DNA from: an uncultured Bacilli bacterium
GTDB taxonomy: Bacteria; Bacillota_I; Bacilli_A; RF39; UBA660
Direction of reading: 5' to 3'
Length of the DNA stretch: 50,513 bases
Assembly (NCBI GenBank): GCA_905235065.1
Contig: CAJOJR010000014.1
Location: 1-50,513, forward strand
Of the stretch, positions 21,117 through 30,590 are shown one piece after another. The position numbers and the translations under genes are program-made. The notes beneath the pieces were generated by a model. It was given only the letters and a program-made list of their open reading frames with translations, was not told where the DNA came from and did not search any database. Each line of letters starts with the position of its first letter. The first letter of the stretch is position 1.

Positions 21117-22810
21117 TGAAACTTAAAAATAGTTATTTTTATACAATAAAAGAAAATATTAAAGATGAAGATTCTATAAGTGGAAACCTACTAGTAAGAA
21201 GTGGAATGATTAAAAGAACTTCTTCTGGTGTTTATATGTTTTTGCCACTTGGATATAAAGTTTTAGATAATATTAAAAAAATAATAAGAGAAGAAATGAA
21301 TAAAAAAGGTGCTCAAGAACTTTTAATGCCTTCATTAATTCAAGAAGAAGTTTATAAAACTACCGGAAGAAGAACTAAATTTGGAAATGACATGTTTTCA
21401 TTTAAAGATAGATTTGGAAAAGATTATTGCTTAGGGCCAACACATGAAGAATTATTTACAATGGCTGCAACTTACCATGTAAAAAGTTATAAGGATTTGC
21501 ATTTTAACTTATATCAAATCGCAGATAAATTTAGAGATGAGCCAAGACCTAGATATGGTTTACTTAGAGTGAGAGAATTCTTAATGAAAGATGCATATTC
21601 TTTTGATACTGATGAACTGGGTTTAGATTTAAGTTATAAAGATATGTATGATGCTTATAAAAATATTTTCAATCGAATGAAAATAAATTATTTAGTAGTA
21701 GAATCTGATTCTGGAGCAATGGGAGGTCTTTTATCAGAAGAATTTCAAGCAATAAATCCTGCTGGTGAAGATAAACTTGTTTTTTGTACTAAATGTTCTT
21801 ATACATCAAATATAGATATTGCTTATTCAAAGGAAGATTATAAAATATCTACCGAAAAAGAAAAAAGTATTGAAAAAGTTTATACTCCTAATATGAAGAC
21901 AATTGAAGAAATATCAAATTATATGAGTGAAGACAAAAATAAATTTATTAAAAGTTTAATATATAAAGCAGATGATAAATTTTATATGGTTTTAACACTT
22001 GGAAATGATGAAGTAAATGAAACTAAATTAAAAAGAGTGTTAAAGTGTTCCTCTCTAGAATTAGCTACTGATGATGACATTGAATCTTTGGGATATGTAA
22101 AAGGATTTATTGGACCAATTGATTCTAGGATTAAGGTAATTGCGGACAAGAAAATAAAATATATTAAAAATGGAATAACTGGTGCTAATAAGAAAGATTA
22201 CCATATTAAAAATGTAAATCTTAAAGATTACAATGTAGATAGATTTGAAGATATTACATTTGTTAGCATTGGTGATAAATGTCCAATATGTGGAGAAAAG
22301 CTTTTGTTTGAAAATGGTATAGAAATAGGTAATTTATTTAAACTTGGAACTAAATATAGTGAATCATTAAATCTTAATTATTCTGATGAACACAATAAAT
22401 TAAATCCAGTATATATGGGATGTTATGGAATTGGCCTTGGAAGATGTATGGCTGCTATTGTTGAAGAGCATCATGATGATAAAGGTATTATATGGCCTAT
22501 GGAAATTGCTCCATATAAAGTCGGAATAGTTTTAATTAATTCTAAGGACGAAGAAATGCTAAAGAATGCTAATGATTTATATAATAAACTTAAATCTTTG
22601 GGTATTGATACTTTATTAGATGATAGAGATGAAAGGCCTGGTGTTAAGTTTAATGATATGGATTTAATTGGAATACCTATTAGAATAGTTATAGGTAATA
22701 AAGTAAAAGAAGGTATAGTTGAATATAAAAATAGGGATAGTAATGAAGTATTAGAATTATCTATAAAAGATGCAATTGAAAAAATAAAAGAAAATGTTTT
22801 AAGAGGTTAA
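21116..22810 (+). CDS. proS: Proline--tRNA ligase (bacterial type with INS editing domain)
   Basis: GPTHEE, FRDEPRPRYGLLRVREFLMKDAYSF, GIEIGNIF-like GIEIGNLFKLG, MGCYGIG. Confidence 0.98.
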   Translation: MKLKNSYFYTIKENIKDEDSISGNLLVRSGMIKRTSSGVYMFLPLGYKVLDNIKKIIREEMNKKGAQELLMPSLIQEEVYKTTGRRTKFGNDMFSFKDRFGKDYCLGPTHEELFTMAATYHVKSYKDLHFNLYQIADKFRDEPRPRYGLLRVREFLMKDAYSFDTDELGLDLSYKDMYDAYKNIFNRMKINYLVVESDSGAMGGLLSEEFQAINPAGEDKLVFCTKCSYTSNIDIAYSKEDYKISTEKEKSIEKVYTPNMKTIEEISNYMSEDKNKFIKSLIYKADDKFYMVLTLGNDEVNETKLKRVLKCSSLELATDDDIESLGYVKGFIGPIDSRIKVIADKKIKYIKNGITGANKKDYHIKNVNLKDYNVDRFEDITFVSIGDKCPICGEKLLFENGIEIGNLFKLGTKYSESLNLNYSDEHNKLNPVYMGCYGIGLGRCMAAIVEEHHDDKGIIWPMEIAPYKVGIVLINSKDEEMLKNANDLYNKLKSLGIDTLLDDRDERPGVKFNDMDLIGIPIRIVIGNKVKEGIVEYKNRDSNEVLELSIKDAIEKIKENVLRG

Positions 22811-22811
22811 T

Positions 22812-23096
22812 ATGAATAACGGTTTTAAAACAATAGAGGATTTATATAAAAGATTAAAACCAGCATTATATTCTAAAGTAGTTGAACTTAAAAGAAATGG
22901 TTTAGATTATATAAAAGAAGAAGATATATTTAATTATTTATTAGAATCTTCATGGTCTAAAAAAGATAATTTATCAATTGCTGAACTAACAAATGAGATA
23001 CTTTATTTAGACAATAATTTAATAACTAATTATGTGATGAATATTTTAAAAAATACAGAAAGAAATATAAATGAGGAGGATAATAATTTATTATGA
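22812..23096 (+). CDS. comN: ComN/YrzD-like post-transcriptional regulator
   Basis: LKPALYSKVVEL...I-EEDIFNYL..W...L...NEIL; directly upstream of secDF as in Bacillus. Confidence 0.7.
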   Translation: MNNGFKTIEDLYKRLKPALYSKVVELKRNGLDYIKEEDIFNYLLESSWSKKDNLSIAELTNEILYLDNNLITNYVMNILKNTERNINEEDNNLL

Positions 23097-25291
23097 AAAA
23101 ATTAACCAAATTAATAGTTTTATATGTAGTTTTATTTGGTTTAACTATTGTACTTTTTATACCAACATTAAGAAACATTAATTTTGGTTTAGATTTACAA
23201 GGGGGATTTGAAATTCTTTATAAAGTTAAACCTTTATCTGGAAAAGGAGAAGTAACTGATGAAGATCTAAACAACACATATAAAGCAATAGTAAATAGAA
23301 TTGATACATTAGGAGTTAGTGAACCAGTTATAACATTTGAGGGAGAAAATACTCTTAGAATACAACTTCCAGGTGTTCAAGATGAGAAAGAAGCTAAAGA
23401 GATAATAAGTACAATCGGATTATTATCATTTAGAGATACTTCTGATAATTTACTTATGTCATCTGATATATTAGGTTCGGGTGGTGCAACTGTAGATACA
23501 AATAGTAAGACACTAAGACCAGTAGTTAAACTTGATATAAAAGATACTGCAACTTTTTATAATGTAACTGATAGTTTATCTAAAAGTAGTGATAATCGTA
23601 TGGTTATATGGCTAGATTTTGATGAAGAAAAAGATAGCTTTAAAAACTCAGAGTCTACTTGTGGTACAGAAGAAGATAAAAAGTGTTTATCAGCTGCTTA
23701 TGTTAATGAAGGTTTAAATAGTTCTAATGTAATAATTGAAGGAAATTTTACAAAAGAAAAAGTTACAAGACTAGCAGAACTCATAAATTCTGGTAGTCTT
23801 CCTACGAAACTAGTAGAAGATTCAACTCCGCATTCAGTTTCTGCTTCTTTTGGAGCTAAAACAATAGAGAAGTGTGGTATAGCTGGTTTAATAACGTTTA
23901 GTTTAATATTTGCATTATTAATTTTTAAATATAGAGTAAGTGGTATTATAACTTCTATTTCACTTACAATATATTCACTTCTAACGTTTGCAATATTTAA
24001 TTTATTGGGAGGGGTATTAACTCTCCCTGGAATTGCTGCTTTGATACTTGGTATAGGTATGTCTGTAGACTCATCAATAATTCTCATTGAAAGAGTAAAA
24101 GATCAATATAAAAGTAATTTAAAAGAAGCTTTTGAAAAAGGGTCTAAAAGTAGCTTATCAGCTATAATAGATGCTAATGTTACAACATTAATAATAGCAG
24201 TCATTCTTTATATATTTGGTCAAAGTTCAATTAAAGGGTTTGCGACTATGTTAATTATATCTATAGTAGTAACTATTATATCTATGGTTATAATTAATAA
24301 ATTATTAATTAAGCATTTAGTTAATACTGGATATTATGATGAAAAATTCATCGCTTTATTTGGTAAAAAGAATAAGGAAACTAAAATTGATTTTGTAAAA
24401 TCTTCAAAATATTTGTTAATTACATTTATATTAATATTATTAACAGGTGTTATTTTCTATTTTGTAAAAGGAATAAACTTAGGTGTGGATTTTTCAGGTG
24501 GAACAAATATAACTCTAGTAAGTGAAAATAACTTTAATTTGCAAGAATTAACTGAATATGTTAAAGATTATGATATAGATGAATATAATTATTATGTAGG
24601 AACATCTAAAGAAGGATATATTAGATTAAATCAAATTATTCCAGAAGAAGAAAAAAATGTAATAATTGATAAATATACAGATTTAGGTATAGATGTTTCG
24701 ATAAATGAAATAAGCACAATGGTAGTAGAAAATTTAACTAAAAATGCGTTGTATAGTTTATTGATTGCTTTTGTTGCAATTATAATCTATATTGCAATTA
24801 GATTTAGTTTTACATTTGGTTTATCTGGACTTAGTGCTTTAATACATGATGTAATACTAATAATAGTTGGGTTTATAATATTGAGATTACAGTTTAATTT
24901 TATAGTTATTGCATCTCTTTTAACAATAATTGGTTATTCAATAAATGATACTATTGTTATTTTTGATAGAATAAGAGAGAATAATAAATCTATTAAAACA
25001 AAAGAGGAATTATCTAATATAGTAAATAAGAGTTTAAATGGAATATTAGTTAGAAATATAATGACATCTATAACTACAATTATTGCAGTATTAGCACTAC
25101 TAGTATTAGGTGTTAATGAAATATTTACATTTAATGTAGCTATTTTAATAGGTCTTATAGGTGGAACAGTATCATCATTGATATTTGCTCCTAATTTATG
25201 GAGAATTCTTGAAATAAGAAATTTAAAAAAACCTAAAAAAGCACCTAAGAAAGAATTAAATGAGATGTCTATAAAAGGAATTAATTCCTAA
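23093..25291 (+). CDS. secDF: Fused protein translocase subunit SecDF
   Basis: GLDLQGG, RIDTLGVSEP, LINSGSLP, IDANVTT, GVDFSGG, GYSINDTIVIFDRIRE. Confidence 0.96.
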   Translation: MKKLTKLIVLYVVLFGLTIVLFIPTLRNINFGLDLQGGFEILYKVKPLSGKGEVTDEDLNNTYKAIVNRIDTLGVSEPVITFEGENTLRIQLPGVQDEKEAKEIISTIGLLSFRDTSDNLLMSSDILGSGGATVDTNSKTLRPVVKLDIKDTATFYNVTDSLSKSSDNRMVIWLDFDEEKDSFKNSESTCGTEEDKKCLSAAYVNEGLNSSNVIIEGNFTKEKVTRLAELINSGSLPTKLVEDSTPHSVSASFGAKTIEKCGIAGLITFSLIFALLIFKYRVSGIITSISLTIYSLLTFAIFNLLGGVLTLPGIAALILGIGMSVDSSIILIERVKDQYKSNLKEAFEKGSKSSLSAIIDANVTTLIIAVILYIFGQSSIKGFATMLIISIVVTIISMVIINKLLIKHLVNTGYYDEKFIALFGKKNKETKIDFVKSSKYLLITFILILLTGVIFYFVKGINLGVDFSGGTNITLVSENNFNLQELTEYVKDYDIDEYNYYVGTSKEGYIRLNQIIPEEEKNVIIDKYTDLGIDVSINEISTMVVENLTKNALYSLLIAFVAIIIYIAIRFSFTFGLSGLSALIHDVILIIVGFIILRLQFNFIVIASLLTIIGYSINDTIVIFDRIRENNKSIKTKEELSNIVNKSLNGILVRNIMTSITTIIAVLALLVLGVNEIFTFNVAILIGLIGGTVSSLIFAPNLWRILEIRNLKKPKKAPKKELNEMSIKGINS

Positions 25292-25299
25292 GGAGTATT

Positions 25300-27429
25300 A
25301 TGAATAATACATTAGAAATTATTACATATGAAGATTTAATTAAAAAATTAAAGACTTATATGAATAATGAAGATTTAAAATTAATTGATAAGTATTACGG
25401 AGAATCAAAAAAAGTATTTAAAGATATGAAGAGAGAAACGGGTGAAGATTATATTTTTCACCCTATTGCTGTTGCATATACACTCGCAGATCTAAAGATG
25501 GATCCAGTTACTATCGGTTCAGCATTAATTCATGAAGCTATTACATTAGGAATTAGAACATTTGAAGAAATAAAAGAAGAATTTGGAGAAGAAACGGCAA
25601 TTATTTTAGATTGTATATCAAAGATAAGTCATTTAAAAAGAACTTTTAAAAAAGAAAATAATGTTGAAAGATATAGGAGAATCACAGTAGGACTTGCAGA
25701 AAATCCAAAAGCATTATTTATTAAATTTGCAGATCGTCTTCATAATATGAAAACTATATATATTAAACCAAGTGATCACCAAAAAGAAATAATAGATGAA
25801 ACAATGAATATTTTAATACCTATTGCTCATAGATTGGGTGTTAAAAAGATAATGTCAGAATTAGAAGATTTATGTTTGAAGTTTTCTTACCCTGATGAAT
25901 ATAATGACATACTAAATAAAATAAATGCCAGTAGAGAAGAACTAGAAACAGATTTGAATTCTATGAAAGAAGAATTAATAAAATTATTAGAATCACATAA
26001 TATTAAATTCGAAATATTTAGTAGAGTTAAATCAGTAAGAGGTATATATAATAAACTTCATAATGGAAGAAAATGGGACGATATATATGATCTTTTAGGA
26101 CTTAGAGTTCTTGTAAATAAAATAGAAGAATGTTATTTAGTAATTGGACTTATTCATTCCAAATTCAAACCAATACCTAAAAGATTTAAAGATTATATAG
26201 CTAATCCAAAAAGTAATATGTATCAAAGCTTACATACCACAGTTTTTGGAATAAACAATAGAAAATATGAAGTACAAGTAAGAACATATGAAATGCATGA
26301 AATAGCAGAATCTGGTGTTGCCTCTCATTGGTCTTATAAGGAAAAAACAAATGGAAAAGTAAAAACAACTCTTGAAGAAAGGCTTGAAACATTTAGAACA
26401 TTAATTGAGTCTAAAGATATGGATAACAACATGGATTTCTTTAAGAATATAAATAGTGAACTTAAAAGTAAGGAAATATATGCGTTTACTCCAAAGGGTG
26501 ATGTTATTGAACTTCCATATGGTGCAACTCCAATAGATTTTGCATATAAAATTCATTCTGAAGTTGGTAATACAACAATTGGAGCGCTAGCTAATAACAA
26601 GATGGTAAAACTCGACTATGTAATTGAATATGGAGATATAATAGAACTTAATACTAGAAAAGGTGCCTCTCCAAATAAGAATTGGCTAAAGTTTGTTAAA
26701 ACAGATCAAGCCAAGAGTAGAATAAGATCATATTTTTATAAAAAAGAAAGAGATAAAAATATTTTACTTGGTAAAGAAATGATAGAAGAAGAAGTCTTAA
26801 AAAGAAATTTAGATTTCAATGAATTATTTACTGAAGAAAATATTTCTAAATTATTAGATGATTTAAAGATTGATAATATTGATGAATTATATTTTAACAT
26901 TGCGATTCTTAAATATTTACCTAGTACAATAATTAATAAACTGTTACCTAAAAAAGAAATTAAATTAAAACCATACACGAATGAAAAACATTCGAATAAT
27001 GATATTTTGGTTGAGGGGTATCCTGATATTTTGACTTCATTTGCATCCTGCTGTAATCCGGTATATGGTGAAGAAATTGTAGGATATGTTACTAAAGGTA
27101 ATGGAATAAAAATACATTCAAAAGATTGTCCTAATATTTTAAATATTACTGATAGAATAGTTGATGTTAAATGGAGTGACAAACAAATTAATAAATATAA
27201 AGTATTATTAAATGTTTATCTAATTTCTAATGAAGAAAATTTATCGGATCTAATAAATTTTGCTAGTAAAGATGGAGTGTTTATTGAATCATTTAATTTA
27301 AATAGTAAGTCTGATTCATATTATTATGAAATGTGTATAAGAGTAAACAACATAAATGATTTATACAAGTTTATAAATGATTTAAAAACTATAAATTATG
27401 TTTTAAAAATAGAAAGAGTGTTTAATTAA
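25300..27429 (+). CDS. relA: Long RelA/SpoT homolog ((p)ppGpp synthetase) with a degenerate HD motif
   Basis: ADRLHNM, RFKDYIANPK, YQSLHT, EVQVRT, TGS (FTPKG...IDFAY), ZFD (CCNPV...H..DC), ACT. Confidence 0.95.
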   Translation: MNNTLEIITYEDLIKKLKTYMNNEDLKLIDKYYGESKKVFKDMKRETGEDYIFHPIAVAYTLADLKMDPVTIGSALIHEAITLGIRTFEEIKEEFGEETAIILDCISKISHLKRTFKKENNVERYRRITVGLAENPKALFIKFADRLHNMKTIYIKPSDHQKEIIDETMNILIPIAHRLGVKKIMSELEDLCLKFSYPDEYNDILNKINASREELETDLNSMKEELIKLLESHNIKFEIFSRVKSVRGIYNKLHNGRKWDDIYDLLGLRVLVNKIEECYLVIGLIHSKFKPIPKRFKDYIANPKSNMYQSLHTTVFGINNRKYEVQVRTYEMHEIAESGVASHWSYKEKTNGKVKTTLEERLETFRTLIESKDMDNNMDFFKNINSELKSKEIYAFTPKGDVIELPYGATPIDFAYKIHSEVGNTTIGALANNKMVKLDYVIEYGDIIELNTRKGASPNKNWLKFVKTDQAKSRIRSYFYKKERDKNILLGKEMIEEEVLKRNLDFNELFTEENISKLLDDLKIDNIDELYFNIAILKYLPSTIINKLLPKKEIKLKPYTNEKHSNNDILVEGYPDILTSFASCCNPVYGEEIVGYVTKGNGIKIHSKDCPNILNITDRIVDVKWSDKQINKYKVLLNVYLISNEENLSDLINFASKDGVFIESFNLNSKSDSYYYEMCIRVNNINDLYKFINDLKTINYVLKIERVFN

Positions 27430-27875
27430 TGAGAGTATTAGTTCAAAGAAGTAAATATAGTGATGTAACAATTGATAATAAAGTAAATGGAAAAATAGAT
27501 CATGGTTATGTATTATTAGTTGGTTTTACTTATGGTGATAGTATTCAAACAATAGATAAAATGATAAAAAAGATATTAAATCTCAGAATTTTTGAAGATG
27601 AAAACGGTAAAATGAATAAAAGTATACTTGATGTGAAGGGTGAAATATTAAGTATAAGTCAATTTACTTTATATGCTGATTTAAAAGGCGGAAATAGGCC
27701 TTCTTTTACAGATTCACTTGCTTATGATGAAGCATCAAAATTATATGATTATTTTAATAATAAACTGAGAGAAAATAATATAAAAGTGGAAACTGGCATA
27801 TTTGGTAGTGATATGAAAGTATCAATATTAAACGATGGACCAGTTACCATTATGATTGATAGTAATAACATATAA
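27429..27875 (+). CDS. dtd: D-aminoacyl-tRNA deacylase
   Basis: MRVLVQR, SQFTL, GNRPSF, NDGPVT. Confidence 0.97.
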   Translation: MRVLVQRSKYSDVTIDNKVNGKIDHGYVLLVGFTYGDSIQTIDKMIKKILNLRIFEDENGKMNKSILDVKGEILSISQFTLYADLKGGNRPSFTDSLAYDEASKLYDYFNNKLRENNIKVETGIFGSDMKVSILNDGPVTIMIDSNNI

Positions 27876-27901
27876 AAATCAAACATTTTGTTTGATTTTT
27901 T
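27876..27901 (+). terminator. Terminator after dtd
   Basis: aaatcaaac-attt-gtttgattt-type hairpin plus Ts. Confidence 0.75.
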
Positions 27902-27915
27902 GCATTTTATTTAAT

Positions 27916-27945
27916 TGACACTAAGAGATAATATGTGATATATTT
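27916..27945 (+). promoter_or_regulatory. Sigma-A-like promoter of the surface protein gene
   Basis: TTGACA-N18-TATATT with an extended TG. Confidence 0.55.
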
Positions 27946-27974
27946 ATATATAGTTAAGAATAGGTGATAATTAT

Positions 27975-30503
27975 ATGAATAATCTAAAAGTTAAACTAGA
28001 TACAAAAATGAAATTTATGATTTTTAGTTTGATTGCTTTTATATTGACTTTGATTACTGCAGCTTATGCATGGGTAACAAGTGATCTTTTAAGTAACTCA
28101 ACAGCTTTATATGTTGGTTCTGTAAGTCTTTCTGTTTTATATAGAGGGACATCCGATGTAATAATAGCAGATTTAGCGCCAGGTGAAAGTGTTACAAAAG
28201 AATTTCAAGTTGAAAATAATGGTTCAAGTGATCAAATTTATAATTTACATTGGATAAATGTTACAAATAATTTAGTAGATAAAAATTATTTTATGTATAC
28301 AATAAGAAATGTAGATACTGATGAAGTATTGTTTTATCCAAAGTATTTGCCAACAAATTCAACCCATATTAAATATGGAATTTCAATACCAGCGGGTGAA
28401 ACTCATAATTACATAATGACTATTTATTATGTTGATGATCCTAAATATAATCAATTGCAAAATGCTGATTTATATTTTGCGGGAGATCTTTCAATAGAGC
28501 AGGGTAGTAATGAGCAAAAGCTAGAAGATAGGTTAAGCATATTTGTAGATGGACAACATAGTGATTATTTACCAACATTATCAGAATATTCAATTGACAC
28601 AACAAGAACTTTTTGTACTGAAGGATCATCAATTTCAATAGTAAATGGTGATCTTGAAATAAGTAATTTATCTGATGTTACTTCATGTGAATTATATTTA
28701 GTTTCAAGCACAGCTGCTTCTATTACAAACGATCCATATAATTTATTAATAATAGATCCAGATGGTGGAACAATGAGTTCTACACCAGAAATTAAATATA
28801 GATATAGTGGAGATATTGTATCACTTGGTGTTCCAGAAAAGAGTGGATATGCTTTTATGGGCTGGCAAGCATCAGGAAGTGGTACACAAATAGTTGATAA
28901 TATTAAAGTTTTGATGGGAAATACTTATTCTTATGTTAAAGCAATATGGGCAGAAGGTCATTGGAATAGGATTGTTCAAACTTGCGGTGAAAATGGAGTA
29001 TCAACTTATACTAGAACATATAAAACTTGTGATTCTTCTATATCAAATTATACACAGACTGATAAAACTTGTGGTGTATCAAGTTGGACTAAAACAACAT
29101 CAGTTTGTGGAATAGCCACAGTCACTAAAAAAACATTTAATTGTGCAGCTTCTGGGTGGTCATATCCTTCAACTGCAAATACAACTGAAACAGCTCAAAC
29201 AGCTACTAATGGTGTTGTACCATCGAATACAACTCAATCTTGCTCATCTGCAAGTCATGTAGGTAATAAAAAAATAACTAATACCACTACAGAATGGCGT
29301 AAGAAGGGTAAAAGGTGTACAGCATCATCATATACATATGATACCAGCACATCATATACATCTACTAATTGTATGAATAGTATTGTAACAGCACCAAATA
29401 CTTGTAGTTCTTCCAATCTAGGAAGTAGTTATATAACTGATTGTAAGCATCATTGTAGACAACCATCTTCTGGAAATAATGGTACTTGTGTTTGTTATTC
29501 GACAGATATGGCTCCTGGTGCTCTTTATGATGCAGGGTGTGTACAAAATGAGTCTAGATGTATGACTGTATGTAGTGGTTTGGGAGGAAGCTTTAGATCA
29601 TATACTCCAAATGACACTTGTGCTTGTCCAAACGGAGGGACTTTAGAAGGTTCTTATTGTTATAAGAAGAATCAAACCTCTTGTTCAACTGCGAATAACT
29701 GGGCTAATATTTATGCAAAAACCACAAAAACATGTACTGCCACAGTGACAATGAGTGATTTCAATAATTTAACAAATGATAATTGTGAAAATAGTGTAGT
29801 AACAGCACCTTCAAGTTGTACTGTAAACAATGTTGGAGACCACATAACTTCTTGCGAAAAAACTAAATATACTAGAAGAACTTATATTTGTGCTGCATCA
29901 AGTTGGTCATATCCTTCTACCGCAGCTACAACTACAACTGTAGCACCTTCGAATTGTAGTGCGACAACTCCATCATGTAGTGCTGCTGGCAATGTTGGAA
30001 ATATTAAGGTAACTTGTGGAGATCCTAAAACATATAATTGGACTTCTTCAACTACATCAACTTCTGCAACATGTCAAACAAGTGGAAGCTGTTCATCTTC
30101 AACAAATGGAAATAGTTATGTAACTGCATGTACTGCAAAAGCATATAATTTTGGAGATGAAACGCCTTCTACAGTTGCTTCTTGTACTCCAAATACTATA
30201 AGTTGTTCATCTTCAACAAACGGACAAGTAAACAGAACTTGTACACCAAATTATAATTATAGTTTATCTTCTACTACACAAACTGATGAAGTAGAATCTT
30301 GTGCAACTTCTAATTTCACTTGTGATTCAACTACTTTTGGAAGTGAGTATACGACACTTTGCCAACCAAAAACGTATGGTTATGGATACTCTTCATCTAC
30401 TACTACTTCAAGCTATTGCTTTGTTGATGAAACTCATGATGCATGTAATGCAAATACAGATGGATCAACTTATACTTATGCTTGTGAATTTGTAGCAGAT
30501 TAA
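27975..30503 (+). CDS. Exported Cys/Thr/Ser-rich surface protein: SipW-type signal, TasA/camelysin-like domain, one Listeria/Bacteroides (Flg_new-like) repeat, 40-Cys nested repeat region
   Basis: Hydrophobic helix ending AYAW; DLAPGESVTKEFQVENNG...YNQLQ; IDPDGG...PEKSGYAFMGW...VKAIW; 40 Cys counted after 28959. Confidence 0.85.
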   Translation: MNNLKVKLDTKMKFMIFSLIAFILTLITAAYAWVTSDLLSNSTALYVGSVSLSVLYRGTSDVIIADLAPGESVTKEFQVENNGSSDQIYNLHWINVTNNLVDKNYFMYTIRNVDTDEVLFYPKYLPTNSTHIKYGISIPAGETHNYIMTIYYVDDPKYNQLQNADLYFAGDLSIEQGSNEQKLEDRLSIFVDGQHSDYLPTLSEYSIDTTRTFCTEGSSISIVNGDLEISNLSDVTSCELYLVSSTAASITNDPYNLLIIDPDGGTMSSTPEIKYRYSGDIVSLGVPEKSGYAFMGWQASGSGTQIVDNIKVLMGNTYSYVKAIWAEGHWNRIVQTCGENGVSTYTRTYKTCDSSISNYTQTDKTCGVSSWTKTTSVCGIATVTKKTFNCAASGWSYPSTANTTETAQTATNGVVPSNTTQSCSSASHVGNKKITNTTTEWRKKGKRCTASSYTYDTSTSYTSTNCMNSIVTAPNTCSSSNLGSSYITDCKHHCRQPSSGNNGTCVCYSTDMAPGALYDAGCVQNESRCMTVCSGLGGSFRSYTPNDTCACPNGGTLEGSYCYKKNQTSCSTANNWANIYAKTTKTCTATVTMSDFNNLTNDNCENSVVTAPSSCTVNNVGDHITSCEKTKYTRRTYICAASSWSYPSTAATTTTVAPSNCSATTPSCSAAGNVGNIKVTCGDPKTYNWTSSTTSTSATCQTSGSCSSSTNGNSYVTACTAKAYNFGDETPSTVASCTPNTISCSSSTNGQVNRTCTPNYNYSLSSTTQTDEVESCATSNFTCDSTTFGSEYTTLCQPKTYGYGYSSSTTTSSYCFVDETHDACNANTDGSTYTYACEFVAD
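29142..30224 (+). repeat. Internal DNA-level duplications within the surface protein gene
   Basis: tggtcatatccttc (~29157 and ~29904); aatagt...gtaacagcacc (~29376 and ~29790); tgttcatcttcaacaaa (~30090 and ~30204). Confidence 0.8.
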
Positions 30504-30513
30504 AGAAACATTT

Positions 30514-30544
30514 AAATAAAGTTAGTAATAACTTTATTTTTTTT
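30514..30544 (+). terminator. Terminator after the surface protein gene
   Basis: aaataaagtta-gtaa-taactttattt plus Ts. Confidence 0.8.
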
Positions 30545-30590
30545 GAAATTAATTAATATTTATACTATAATTAAATTAAGAGGTAATACT

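Noticed and set aside
28959-30503. CRISPR array, diversity-generating retroelement repeat or VNTR in the Cys-rich gene
   Set aside because: The repeats are degenerate, in-frame protein repeats. There is no constant repeat-spacer pattern, adenine-specific variation or reverse transcriptase.
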